64,000 nucleotides of DNA from Thermoanaerobaculia bacterium (GTDB lineage Bacteria; Acidobacteriota; Thermoanaerobaculia; Multivoradales; UBA5704): positions 1 to 64,000 of the forward strand of contig JBGAGQ010000005.1 of assembly GCA_044226625.1 (NCBI GenBank), written 5' to 3'. Of this stretch, positions 43,240 to 51,264 are shown piece after piece. The notes under the pieces are model-generated. The model saw only the letters and a program-made list of their open reading frames with translations. It searched no databases and was not told the DNA's origin. The position numbers were made by a program, and so were the translations under genes. Numbering within the stretch: the first letter of the stretch is position 1; each line of letters starts with the position of its first letter.

Positions 43240-46038
43240 ATGGCGAGCGTGTTCATCTCCTACAGCCACGTGGACGAGGTGTGGAAAGACCGCCTCCTCC
43301 GCCACTTCCGCGTCTTCGAGCGGCAGGGACTCGCGTTCTCCGCCTGGCAGGACCGCGAAATTCCGGGAGGCGGAGACTGGGAGGCGGAGATCCGCAAGGC
43401 GATGGCCGGGGCGGATGCCGCGGTGCTGCTGGTTTCGGCCGACTCGCTCGGGTCGAAGTTCATCAACGAGGTGGAGGTGCCGTACCTGCTCGGTCGCCGA
43501 GAAAGGGACGGGCTGCCGTTCATTCCGATTGTGGTAGCGCCCTGCAATTGGAAGGACCTACCGTGGCTCCAAAAGCTGAACTTGCGCCCCCGGGACGGGC
43601 ATCCCCTCTCGGGCGGAACCGATCACGAAATCGAGGACCAACTCGCGGCGATCGCGGCTGAGGTTTTCCGCCTCGCCACGAAGGTCCCGGGAACATCGGG
43701 CGGTCCGACTCGGGGAGGGGCCGTCGCCACCCGCGCCGACTGGCGTCTTGTCCATCCGTACGGCATGCCGCCGAACTTCACCGGGCGAGTGGCGGAACGT
43801 GGGCAGCTTACCGAGTGGGTGGAGGAGAACGGCCCGGCCCTGCTGGTGCTCCGGGCGCTGGGTGGCTTCGGCAAAAGCGCGCTCGCCTGGCATTGGTTGA
43901 TGAACGACGTCAATCCCTGCCGCTGGACGCGGGTGGTCTGGTGGAGTTTTTACGACGATTCCTCCTTCAATGAGTTTCTACGCGAGGTCCTGGGCTATCT
44001 CGGTGTGAATGCGGATGCGCTCTCCATTCGGGATGGAGTTCGCCAGTTGGTTGATCTGCTCCGCCGCTCGCCGGTCCTCCTCGTCCTCGACGGCTTCGAG
44101 CGTGCGCTGCGAGCATTCGCGCGGTTGGATGCCGCTTACCATTTGGACGAAGAGGAAAAGCTTTTGGGTAAGGAGGAAGACCGAGACTGCGTGAGCCTGG
44201 CGTCGGATGCGTTCCTTCGAACAGTGTCTTCCTTGCCGGGACTCGCAGGGCGCGTAATCCTAACAACGCGCCTCCGTCCGCGGCCGGTGGAGACGCGTGT
44301 GGGCGAGGTTCTTGCCGGATGTCGAGAGATCGAGCTGACAGCGCTGAGCAAAGCGGACGCAGTGGACTTCTTTCACGCGGAAGGCATCCGAGGCACGCGT
44401 GCCGAGATCGAAGCAGTCTGCGGTAGCTACGGCTTCCATCCCTTGAGTCTGCGTCTCCTGGCAGGGTTGATCGTGAAGGATTTCCGGAACCCACGAGACA
44501 TCGCCGTTGCCCAGCGGCTGGATGTTTCGGGCGATCTGGTCCAACGCAAACATCACGTCCTGGAACAGTCATACAAGAGCCTTCCCGTCAAAGACAGGCG
44601 CCTACTCTCGCGGATCGCCTGCTTTCGCGGCGCGGTGGACTACAAGGCGCTTTACGCAGCGGCGGGTGGCCTCGCGGAGAACGAAGTCGAGATCATCCTC
44701 AAGGATCTCCTCGAGCGGGGCTTGCTTCACCACGAGGAGCGCGATGGCCGCTTCGATCTACATCCCATTGTTCGGCGTTACTCCTATGACCGGCTGGGAA
44801 TGGAAGAAAAGGAAGACGCTCACAGGCGCCTCCGCGATTACTTCGCCGCGGTGCCTCCGCTCGAGAAGGTCAAGACCCTTACCGACCTCGCTCCAATGAT
44901 TGAGCGTTACCATCACATGGTACGGGCGGGAGACCTTGACAGAGCGCACGAGTTATTCCGCGATCGACTCCATGAAGAATTGTACTATCAGCTCGGCGCC
45001 TACGAGTCATGCATTGAACTCCTGCGCGCACTCCTCCCCGATGGCGGAGAATTCCAACCCCGCCTTACCAAGGAGATTGATCAGGGCTGGACACTGATTA
45101 CCCTCGCCAACTCTTACAGCCTTTCTGGTCAGCCGAAGTGGGCGCTTCCTCTTTTCGAACAGGCAGTGGCGCTCGTCCAGCGTCCGGGAGAGGAACGGAA
45201 CCTAGCAATCGCGCTTGGGAACCTAGCGTTCATGTCTCAGCATCGAATTGGTGCTTTCAGATCTGGCGAGGTCAATATTCGGCGAAGTATCGAGCTCTTC
45301 CGAGAACTCGGCGACACGCTGTATGCAGCATTTGGCTGCCAGGAGCTTGGTCGGATGCTCGGTTTTCGTGGATATTGGGAGGCAGCTGAGAACGAACTGG
45401 CGGAAGCGTTCTTGGAATTCGAAAAGAGCGAGCATGCTCAGAGGCAAGGATTTGTTTGGGCTAATCGTGCCCTTCTTTCCCTTCAGCGCCTTCGGGCAGA
45501 CGTGTCCGATAGTCAAGAAAAAATACGCCAGAGTGCCCTATTAGCCGCCCGCAGTGCCCTTGAGATGGCGAACGTATCTGCAAGGGCGGACGGCCCAAAG
45601 GAGCGCGACTTCGTCCAAGCCCACTGGCTGCTTGGCGCCGCCCTGGGCGAGAACAGAGACATCGGGCAAGCAGACCGGCATCTAACCGAAGCGCTGGAGC
45701 GCTGCCGTCGAATCAACCTCGTCGAGAAAGAAGCAGACATCCTGATCGAACTCGGCCGCCTTCGGCGGCTGCACGGTGAAAAGGCGGAAGCTCGGCGGTT
45801 AGGAGAGGAGGCGTCAGGGATCGCCGAGCGGTGCGGCTACGTGCTCCAAGGCGCCGACGCCCATCTTCTTCTCGCAGCCGTGGACCGCGACGCGGGAGAT
45901 CACGCCTCATCCTGCGAGCATGCTCTGGAAGCCAAACGCCTCGCGACCTGCGACGGCCCGCCCGATTACACGTATAAGGTGGCCTACGACGAGGCCGTAG
46001 CGATGCTAGCGGAGGGGGCACCTCCCGGCGCCCCCTAA
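43240..46038 (+). CDS. TIR domain + STAND (NB-ARC-like) NTPase + TPR protein
   Basis: VFISYSH..W.D.EI..G..W...I..A...AVLLVS..S.FI.EVE (TIR_2); FTGR, GGFGKS Walker A, LLVLDGFE Walker B, ILTTR, HPLSL, LHPIVR; helical repeats. Confidence 0.88.
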   Translation: MASVFISYSHVDEVWKDRLLRHFRVFERQGLAFSAWQDREIPGGGDWEAEIRKAMAGADAAVLLVSADSLGSKFINEVEVPYLLGRRERDGLPFIPIVVAPCNWKDLPWLQKLNLRPRDGHPLSGGTDHEIEDQLAAIAAEVFRLATKVPGTSGGPTRGGAVATRADWRLVHPYGMPPNFTGRVAERGQLTEWVEENGPALLVLRALGGFGKSALAWHWLMNDVNPCRWTRVVWWSFYDDSSFNEFLREVLGYLGVNADALSIRDGVRQLVDLLRRSPVLLVLDGFERALRAFARLDAAYHLDEEEKLLGKEEDRDCVSLASDAFLRTVSSLPGLAGRVILTTRLRPRPVETRVGEVLAGCREIELTALSKADAVDFFHAEGIRGTRAEIEAVCGSYGFHPLSLRLLAGLIVKDFRNPRDIAVAQRLDVSGDLVQRKHHVLEQSYKSLPVKDRRLLSRIACFRGAVDYKALYAAAGGLAENEVEIILKDLLERGLLHHEERDGRFDLHPIVRRYSYDRLGMEEKEDAHRRLRDYFAAVPPLEKVKTLTDLAPMIERYHHMVRAGDLDRAHELFRDRLHEELYYQLGAYESCIELLRALLPDGGEFQPRLTKEIDQGWTLITLANSYSLSGQPKWALPLFEQAVALVQRPGEERNLAIALGNLAFMSQHRIGAFRSGEVNIRRSIELFRELGDTLYAAFGCQELGRMLGFRGYWEAAENELAEAFLEFEKSEHAQRQGFVWANRALLSLQRLRADVSDSQEKIRQSALLAARSALEMANVSARADGPKERDFVQAHWLLGAALGENRDIGQADRHLTEALERCRRINLVEKEADILIELGRLRRLHGEKAEARRLGEEASGIAERCGYVLQGADAHLLLAAVDRDAGDHASSCEHALEAKRLATCDGPPDYTYKVAYDEAVAMLAEGAPPGAP

Positions 46039-46052
46039 AGCTCGACCGGCGA

Positions 46053-47243
46053 TCAGTAGTCGATGTACCCGTCCCGCGTCCGCACCCGGACTCCCGAAGC
46101 CTTCACGCGGACGTCGACCTTGTGCCAGCGGCCGTCGTTCTTGTTCGAGGTGCAGTAGTAGGAGAGGGCGTACTGCTCGCGGAGCTCTTCGAGGATGCCT
46201 CGGAAGGCGGAGGTGAAGTCTTCGTTCTTGGCGATGCGGACGATGCGGCCGCCGCTTTCGTCGATTGCCTTTTCGAGCTGGTCGAACTCGCGGTCGTTCG
46301 CCTTCCAGTTGCGCCACGCGGAGGTGAAGGACTTGTGTTTTCCGTCATCGTCGAGAGCGATCCAGTAGATCAGCGCTTGGCTCACCCGTGCCTCGCGGAG
46401 GACTTCCGACATCGGCAGCACGCTGTGGATGTCGGAGCCGTCGGAAAGCAGGACGACGACGCGGCGGCCCTGGTGCGATTCGAGGATTTTGAGCCCGGCG
46501 AAGAGGTAGTCGTTCACCGCCGAGCCGCCCGCCGCCTCGACCTTTTCCAGAGTCTTGTTGAGCAGAGCCTGGTCGTTCGTGATCGGCGTGCTCGCCATCA
46601 GGCGATCGGAGAACAGGAGGACGCTCGCCTGGTCCTCCGGGCGCATGCCCGCGACGAAGGCGCGCGCGCCCTTGAGCGCCGCGTCGATCCGCTCGCCGCG
46701 CATGCTCTCGCTGCTGTCGATCAGGAGGACCGCCGAGAGCGGCAGCTCGCCACGGTCGAAGGCGACCAGCTCCTGCTCCTGCCCATTGTCGAAGATCCGG
46801 AAATCGCTCGGGTTCAGGTTGAGCACCCGCTGGCGGTCGCGGAGCACGGTGGCGTAGAGCTGCTGCAGCTCGAGGTCGAGCCGCTCGTCGATCTGCACCG
46901 GCGAGGTGGTGAGGGCGTCTGAAGCGCTTGAGCCGGAGGCGCCGTAGGCGACGACCCGAAACTCGCGCGCAACGTTCTGGTCGCCGGCGTTCCAGGTCAA
47001 CTTGTACGGAGGCGTCGCGACCGAACCGACCGAGCGGCCGCCGACGAAGAACTCCACCCGGGAGATCGGCTCGTTGCCCGCGACCGCCGCGGTGAGCTCC
47101 GTGGGACCGAAGACCGGTTGGCCGGGCTCGGGGCTGGTGATCTTCACCTGGATCGTCGCGAAGGCGGCCTGGGCGGCGCCGAGCGCGCCAAGCCCGCAGA
47201 GCAGGAGACGAAGCGTGAGGGCGAGGTGGGGGGAACGATTCAT
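46053..47243 (-). CDS. Secreted Ig-like + VWA domain protein (paralog of 23687-24883)
   Basis: VEFFVGG..PPY; DSSESM MIDAS; LLSDG; ELREQYALSY; VRTRDGY. Confidence 0.88.
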   Translation of the reverse strand: MNRSPHLALTLRLLLCGLGALGAAQAAFATIQVKITSPEPGQPVFGPTELTAAVAGNEPISRVEFFVGGRSVGSVATPPYKLTWNAGDQNVAREFRVVAYGASGSSASDALTTSPVQIDERLDLELQQLYATVLRDRQRVLNLNPSDFRIFDNGQEQELVAFDRGELPLSAVLLIDSSESMRGERIDAALKGARAFVAGMRPEDQASVLLFSDRLMASTPITNDQALLNKTLEKVEAAGGSAVNDYLFAGLKILESHQGRRVVVLLSDGSDIHSVLPMSEVLREARVSQALIYWIALDDDGKHKSFTSAWRNWKANDREFDQLEKAIDESGGRIVRIAKNEDFTSAFRGILEELREQYALSYYCTSNKNDGRWHKVDVRVKASGVRVRTRDGYIDY

Positions 47244-48364
47244 CGCGCCACCCCGTCCGCGGCGGGGGCCGCGCTGACGCCGGAGGAGAGCGAAGAGGCG
47301 AGCGTCACCAAGCGGACCTTTCCCGCCGGTTCGACCACCCGGTCCGAGTCGTCGAACAGCTCGTCGGAGAAGCGGTTGTAGCGATAGCGTGAGTCGTCGC
47401 CCGGATCCGCGCCGATCTCGGCGAGGCGGTCGAGCACCGAGCGAGCTTCCTGTTGCGCCCCCTTGGCGTCCAGCACCGAGGCGAGCTGGAGCGTCAGCCG
47501 CGCCGAACCCGGGAATTTCTGGAGCGCCGCACGCAGGACCTTCTCGGCCTGCTCCGGGCGCTTGGCATCGACCTCGATCCGCGCGAGCTCCTGAGCCGCG
47601 AGCAGGCCGATCCAGGGCGCCGGGGGTACCTCGGCGAGGGGTGCCAGGAGCTTCTTCGCGTCCCCTCCGCGATCGAGGCGCGCGAGGCAGATGGCGAGGC
47701 GAAGGGCGGCTTCGGGATATTTCGAGAGGCTTTGCGGATCGCCCGAGCGCATCCTCTCGATCGCCGCGATCGCGTCCTCATAATTGCCGTTCTTTTCGAA
47801 CACGGTGGCGAGGCCGAGCAGCGAGACGCTGTTGCGTGCGTCGGCCTGCGCGGCGAGCTCGAACAGCTTCGCGGCTTGGAACGAGTCGGTCGAGACGCTG
47901 CCCAGACGGGAGATCAGGCGGCTCGCGAGCGCCGACGCTTCGGGGGTATCGACGTATTTCTTATAGAGGAGGGCTAGGTCGAGGGCGATCGTGCGGTCGT
48001 GGGTCGCAACCTGCGCGGCGCCGATGCCGCCGTGCTTCGTGTAGTAGCGGTAGGCCTCTTGGTGAAGGACCGACAGCGGAACCAGGACTTCGAGGTCGAC
48101 GGCGGCCACTTCGGAGATCACCCGCTGCTCGGCCTTGTGCAGCACCTCGCGGGTCTGCGGCGCTTCGTCGGAGATGATCGACGATTCGAACTTGACCAGC
48201 TCGGGCACAGCCCGCGCGTCGCCTGCCGCCCAGAGGCCGAGGACGGCGCGATACCCGCCTTCGAGGAGCGCCGGGTCTAGATCCGCCGCTCGGGCTCCCC
48301 CGGAAGTCAACAAGCAAAGAACGATCAGAGGCGCCCAGTTTGTGCGCGAGCGGTAAACAGCCAT
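47240..48364 (-). CDS. Secreted TPR protein (paralog of the C-terminal half of 24880-27096)
   Basis: Signal peptide; EAALRLAICLARL, LAAQELARI; ATGA overlap with the VWA gene. Confidence 0.78.
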   Translation of the reverse strand: MAVYRSRTNWAPLIVLCLLTSGGARAADLDPALLEGGYRAVLGLWAAGDARAVPELVKFESSIISDEAPQTREVLHKAEQRVISEVAAVDLEVLVPLSVLHQEAYRYYTKHGGIGAAQVATHDRTIALDLALLYKKYVDTPEASALASRLISRLGSVSTDSFQAAKLFELAAQADARNSVSLLGLATVFEKNGNYEDAIAAIERMRSGDPQSLSKYPEAALRLAICLARLDRGGDAKKLLAPLAEVPPAPWIGLLAAQELARIEVDAKRPEQAEKVLRAALQKFPGSARLTLQLASVLDAKGAQQEARSVLDRLAEIGADPGDDSRYRYNRFSDELFDDSDRVVEPAGKVRLVTLASSLSSGVSAAPAADGVAR

Positions 48365-48485
48365 GTCGGATTTCCCCCGTAATGAGACGGGGAAAGAATC
48401 TCGCAATTCGGAAGGGCTCGCAACCGCCTGGGGACCGGGCCGGCCCGGAGTGCCGCCAAAGCCCGGGGAGGAGGGATGGCCGGCG

Positions 48486-48509
48486 AAAGGGGAGCGATCG
48501 CTCCCCTTT
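48486..48509. terminator. Palindromic terminator after the TPR gene
   Basis: AAAGGGGAGCGATCGCTCCCCTTT perfect palindrome. Confidence 0.75.
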
Positions 48510-48527
48510 GGCGCATACCGGTCGAAG

Positions 48528-49835
48528 CTAGATGCTCAAATTCTCCTGCCGGCGCAAACGGCCGGACACCCTGCGGAGCAGTCGCGCGAGCTCGGACGTC
48601 GCTCGCTCGTGATCGATCGCCCGGCGCAGGACGAGCAGCGCTGCCACCGCCTCGCGGCGAATGCCGAGCGCTCGGAAGGTCTCGAGGATCTCTTCGACGC
48701 TCTCGAGAATCTCGGCGGTCCGTCCCTGCTGGAGCCAGAGCATCGCGAGATCGAGCGAAACCACGGCAGCTTCGATCGGCAGGCCGCGGCTCTCGAATTC
48801 GTCGTGGACCTCCCAGAGGCCGAGCTCGGCCGCTTCGAGGTCGCCGCGGCCCGCTTCGATCCGCCCTTCGAGCCAGCGCAGCTTCAACTGGTTGATCGCC
48901 GTCCCGCGCTGCTCGTACAGCGCCCGGCTCGCGGCGATCCAATGGGCGGCCTGTTCGTAGGCGCCCGCCTCGACCGCGCCGATCAAAAGGTTGTGGATCG
49001 CCGACAGGGCGAGGGCCGGCTCGCGGCTTGGGTCGATCTGCGCCAGGCCGTGGGCGATGTACCGGCTCGACTCCTCGAACTCGTTTTCATAGAGGAGCGC
49101 GATGCCGTGGCTGATCAGCGCGCGACCGGCGAGATGGCGCTCGCCCGCCGCCCGATGCAGCTCGTAGATCTCTTCGAGAAGCCGGCAGGCCTCGCGGAAC
49201 CGGCGCTGCGAGATGCGGAGCGACGCGGTGAGGTCGAGGATGCGGGCGTACAGCTGGCGGTCTCCGGTACCGCGCTCGGCGCGAAGCAGCGCCTCGGCGA
49301 ACGCGCTCTCCGAGCCCTGGACGTCGGCCGCGATGCGGAGGGCGTTGCCGAGCTCGGACCAGGCGCGCGCCTGGAAGTCGGCGCGATCGGCGGGGCTGCC
49401 GTCGGCGGAGCCGAGCGAGTCGGCCAGGTGGGCCGCCAGGCGGGCGAGGGTGACCATGCCGGCCGGATCGCTCGCGCGCAGGGCCCAGCTCTCGACCAGC
49501 AGGGTCGTGCAGCGCTCCCGTCCCTTGGTCAGAGGCGAGGCGAGGCGCGCCTGCTCGGCGAGCTCGATCTCGCGGTTCCTCTCGGAGATCTCCCGACGCG
49601 CCGAGGCGACGGCGCGATCGATCGGTCGATCGTAGGCCGACAGGTCGAAGGTCGGCTGCTCGCGCAGGGGGTGAAAGACCGAGCGGACCATGGGGGCGAG
49701 GAGATCCGCGCAGTGCGCGCAGCCGCGCAGGAGATGGGCGATGATCGGCTTGCCTTCACGGGGCGAGAGCTCGGCGCGCAGAAATGCCCAGAGTCGCTCC
49801 GGCTCCGGATGGGTCGTTTGAGATTCGAAGCTCAT
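48528..49835 (-). CDS. Cytoplasmic protein with N-terminal zf-HC2/ZAS-like motif and TPR solenoid
   Basis: HPEPERLWAFL..AHLLRGCAHC, then ARAWSELGNALRI, ARILDLTASL, GRALISHG, LRWLEGRI, SLDLAMLWL helical repeats; no signal peptide or TM. Confidence 0.8.
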   Translation of the reverse strand: MSFESQTTHPEPERLWAFLRAELSPREGKPIIAHLLRGCAHCADLLAPMVRSVFHPLREQPTFDLSAYDRPIDRAVASARREISERNREIELAEQARLASPLTKGRERCTTLLVESWALRASDPAGMVTLARLAAHLADSLGSADGSPADRADFQARAWSELGNALRIAADVQGSESAFAEALLRAERGTGDRQLYARILDLTASLRISQRRFREACRLLEEIYELHRAAGERHLAGRALISHGIALLYENEFEESSRYIAHGLAQIDPSREPALALSAIHNLLIGAVEAGAYEQAAHWIAASRALYEQRGTAINQLKLRWLEGRIEAGRGDLEAAELGLWEVHDEFESRGLPIEAAVVSLDLAMLWLQQGRTAEILESVEEILETFRALGIRREAVAALLVLRRAIDHERATSELARLLRRVSGRLRRQENLSI

Positions 49836-49904
49836 CGAGTTGCTCCAGAACTGTCCCACCAGCGATTGAAGGATCTCACGAAATGTCCGGCCGCGTCACA
49901 ACGA

Positions 49905-49938
49905 AATCGAGATCGATCGAAATCGATCGATCTCGATT
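49905..49938. repeat. Perfect 16-bp inverted repeat between the peptide and TPR genes
   Basis: AATCGAGATCGATCGA-AA-TCGATCGATCTCGATT. Confidence 0.85.
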
Positions 49939-49988
49939 CGGACCGCGACTCCGCCGAGCCTTTCGATCTCAAGGGATCCACTTGGATC

Positions 49989-50282
49989 TCAATGGACGGT
50001 TGGCGCGGACGGATTGGCGGACGCGTCGTGCGACGGCTGAAGCGGCACGTCGTTCGGGTCGATGGCGATGCCGTACTCGCCCCAGATCGAGGTGGCGGCC
50101 GACCGGCCCGTGTCCCATAGAGAGCCGAGCCAATGCGAGAGGGCGCTGGTGATCACCTCGGAAAAAGACGAATCCGCCGAAGCCGACAACGGCCGGCCCT
50201 CGAACGGAGCCGCCCAGGAGGGAGCCGAACCGAGGAACAACAACATCGCGAGTACCAGGGATCCCTTCGACTTGCTCGACAT
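49989..50282 (-). CDS. Small secreted (pro)peptide, 97 aa
   Basis: GGAGGAG RBS; signal peptide MSSKSKGSLVLAMLLFLGSAPSWA; Trp-containing amphipathic segment; WGEYGIAIDPND motif; TAGAAT -10-like box upstream. Confidence 0.72.
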   Translation of the reverse strand: MSSKSKGSLVLAMLLFLGSAPSWAAPFEGRPLSASADSSFSEVITSALSHWLGSLWDTGRSAATSIWGEYGIAIDPNDVPLQPSHDASANPSAPTVH

Positions 50283-50432
50283 CGCGCAACTCCTCCCGCA
50301 GACCGGCCGGCCAGTTCCGACGTGGCGCGGAAAAATTCTACGTTCTGAGAAATGGGGTGCGGCCGCAAGCCATTCCGTGACAAGCAAATCGGCGCGAACG
50401 CAACGACGAAGCGACTTGGGTCAAATCTCCCG

Positions 50433-50455
50433 GGCCAGGGCGTTTTGCCCTGGCC
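50433..50455 (-). terminator. Hairpin after phoU
   Basis: GGCCAGGGC-AAAAC-GCCCTGGCC immediately after the phoU stop. Confidence 0.6.
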
Positions 50456-50458
50456 TGA

Positions 50459-51127
50459 TCAGGTCGTTTTGGTCGCCAGCGGGTGGCGGACGTCACGCCC
50501 GTCGACGAAGTAGACGACATCTTCGCCGATGTTGGTCGCGTGGTCGGCGATCCGTTCCAGGTTGCGCGAGATCAGCAGCAGGTGGAGCGCCCGGCTGACC
50601 GTCTTCGGATCCTCGATCATGAAAGTCAGCAGCTCGCGGAAGATCTGCTTGTAGAGCGCGTCCACCTCGTCGTCCCGCCGACAGACCGCCTGCGCCAGCT
50701 CGGAATCACGCCGCACCAGGGCGTCGAGACTCTGGCGGACCATCTCCTGGACCAGCCGAGAGAGGTGGGGCAGGTCGATATACGGCTTGAGCGGCGGCTG
50801 GTCGACCAGCTGCTCGACCGACTGGGCGATGTTGACCGCCGAATCGCCGATTCGCTCGAGGTCGCTGTTGATCTTCATCACCGCGACCAGGAACCGCAGG
50901 TCGATCGCGATCGGCTGGCGCAGGGAGAGCGCCGCATGGCAGAGCTCGTCGATCTCGATCTCCATCCGGTCGATGTCCTGATCGCTCGCGATCACCTGGC
51001 GACAGAGCTCGCGGTCGCGCTCGAGCAGCGCCCGAGTCGCTCGCGCGACCATCTCCTCGACCTTGCCTCCCATGCGCAAGAGACTTTGGCGAATGCGGTC
51101 GAGGTCTTGATCCAATCGGCGTTCCAT
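50459..51127 (-). CDS. phoU: Phosphate signalling complex protein PhoU
   Basis: QPIAIDLR, DLERIGD, DDEVD, LERIADHATNI; AGGAG RBS. Confidence 0.95.
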   Translation of the reverse strand: MERRLDQDLDRIRQSLLRMGGKVEEMVARATRALLERDRELCRQVIASDQDIDRMEIEIDELCHAALSLRQPIAIDLRFLVAVMKINSDLERIGDSAVNIAQSVEQLVDQPPLKPYIDLPHLSRLVQEMVRQSLDALVRRDSELAQAVCRRDDEVDALYKQIFRELLTFMIEDPKTVSRALHLLLISRNLERIADHATNIGEDVVYFVDGRDVRHPLATKTT

Positions 51128-51215
51128 GCCTTCTCCTGAACGTTCGGGCGAAGCCAACCGAGCCCAACGGCCGATCATGGTACTCCGCCGCCCGCCGCGG
51201 GGAAACCTCCGGGAG

Positions 51216-51233
51216 GTGAATCCCGCGTGACAG
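51216..51233 (-). promoter_or_regulatory. Putative Pho box upstream of phoU
   Basis: Minus strand CTGTCAC-GCGG-GATTCAC (11-bp period). Confidence 0.55.
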
Positions 51234-51264
51234 CGGGGTGGCAAACCGACTCGGAGGGGATCCC

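Noticed and set aside
50370-50385. Pho box upstream of the small secreted peptide (TTGTCAC on the minus strand)
   Set aside because: Single half-site without a convincing partner at 11-bp spacing
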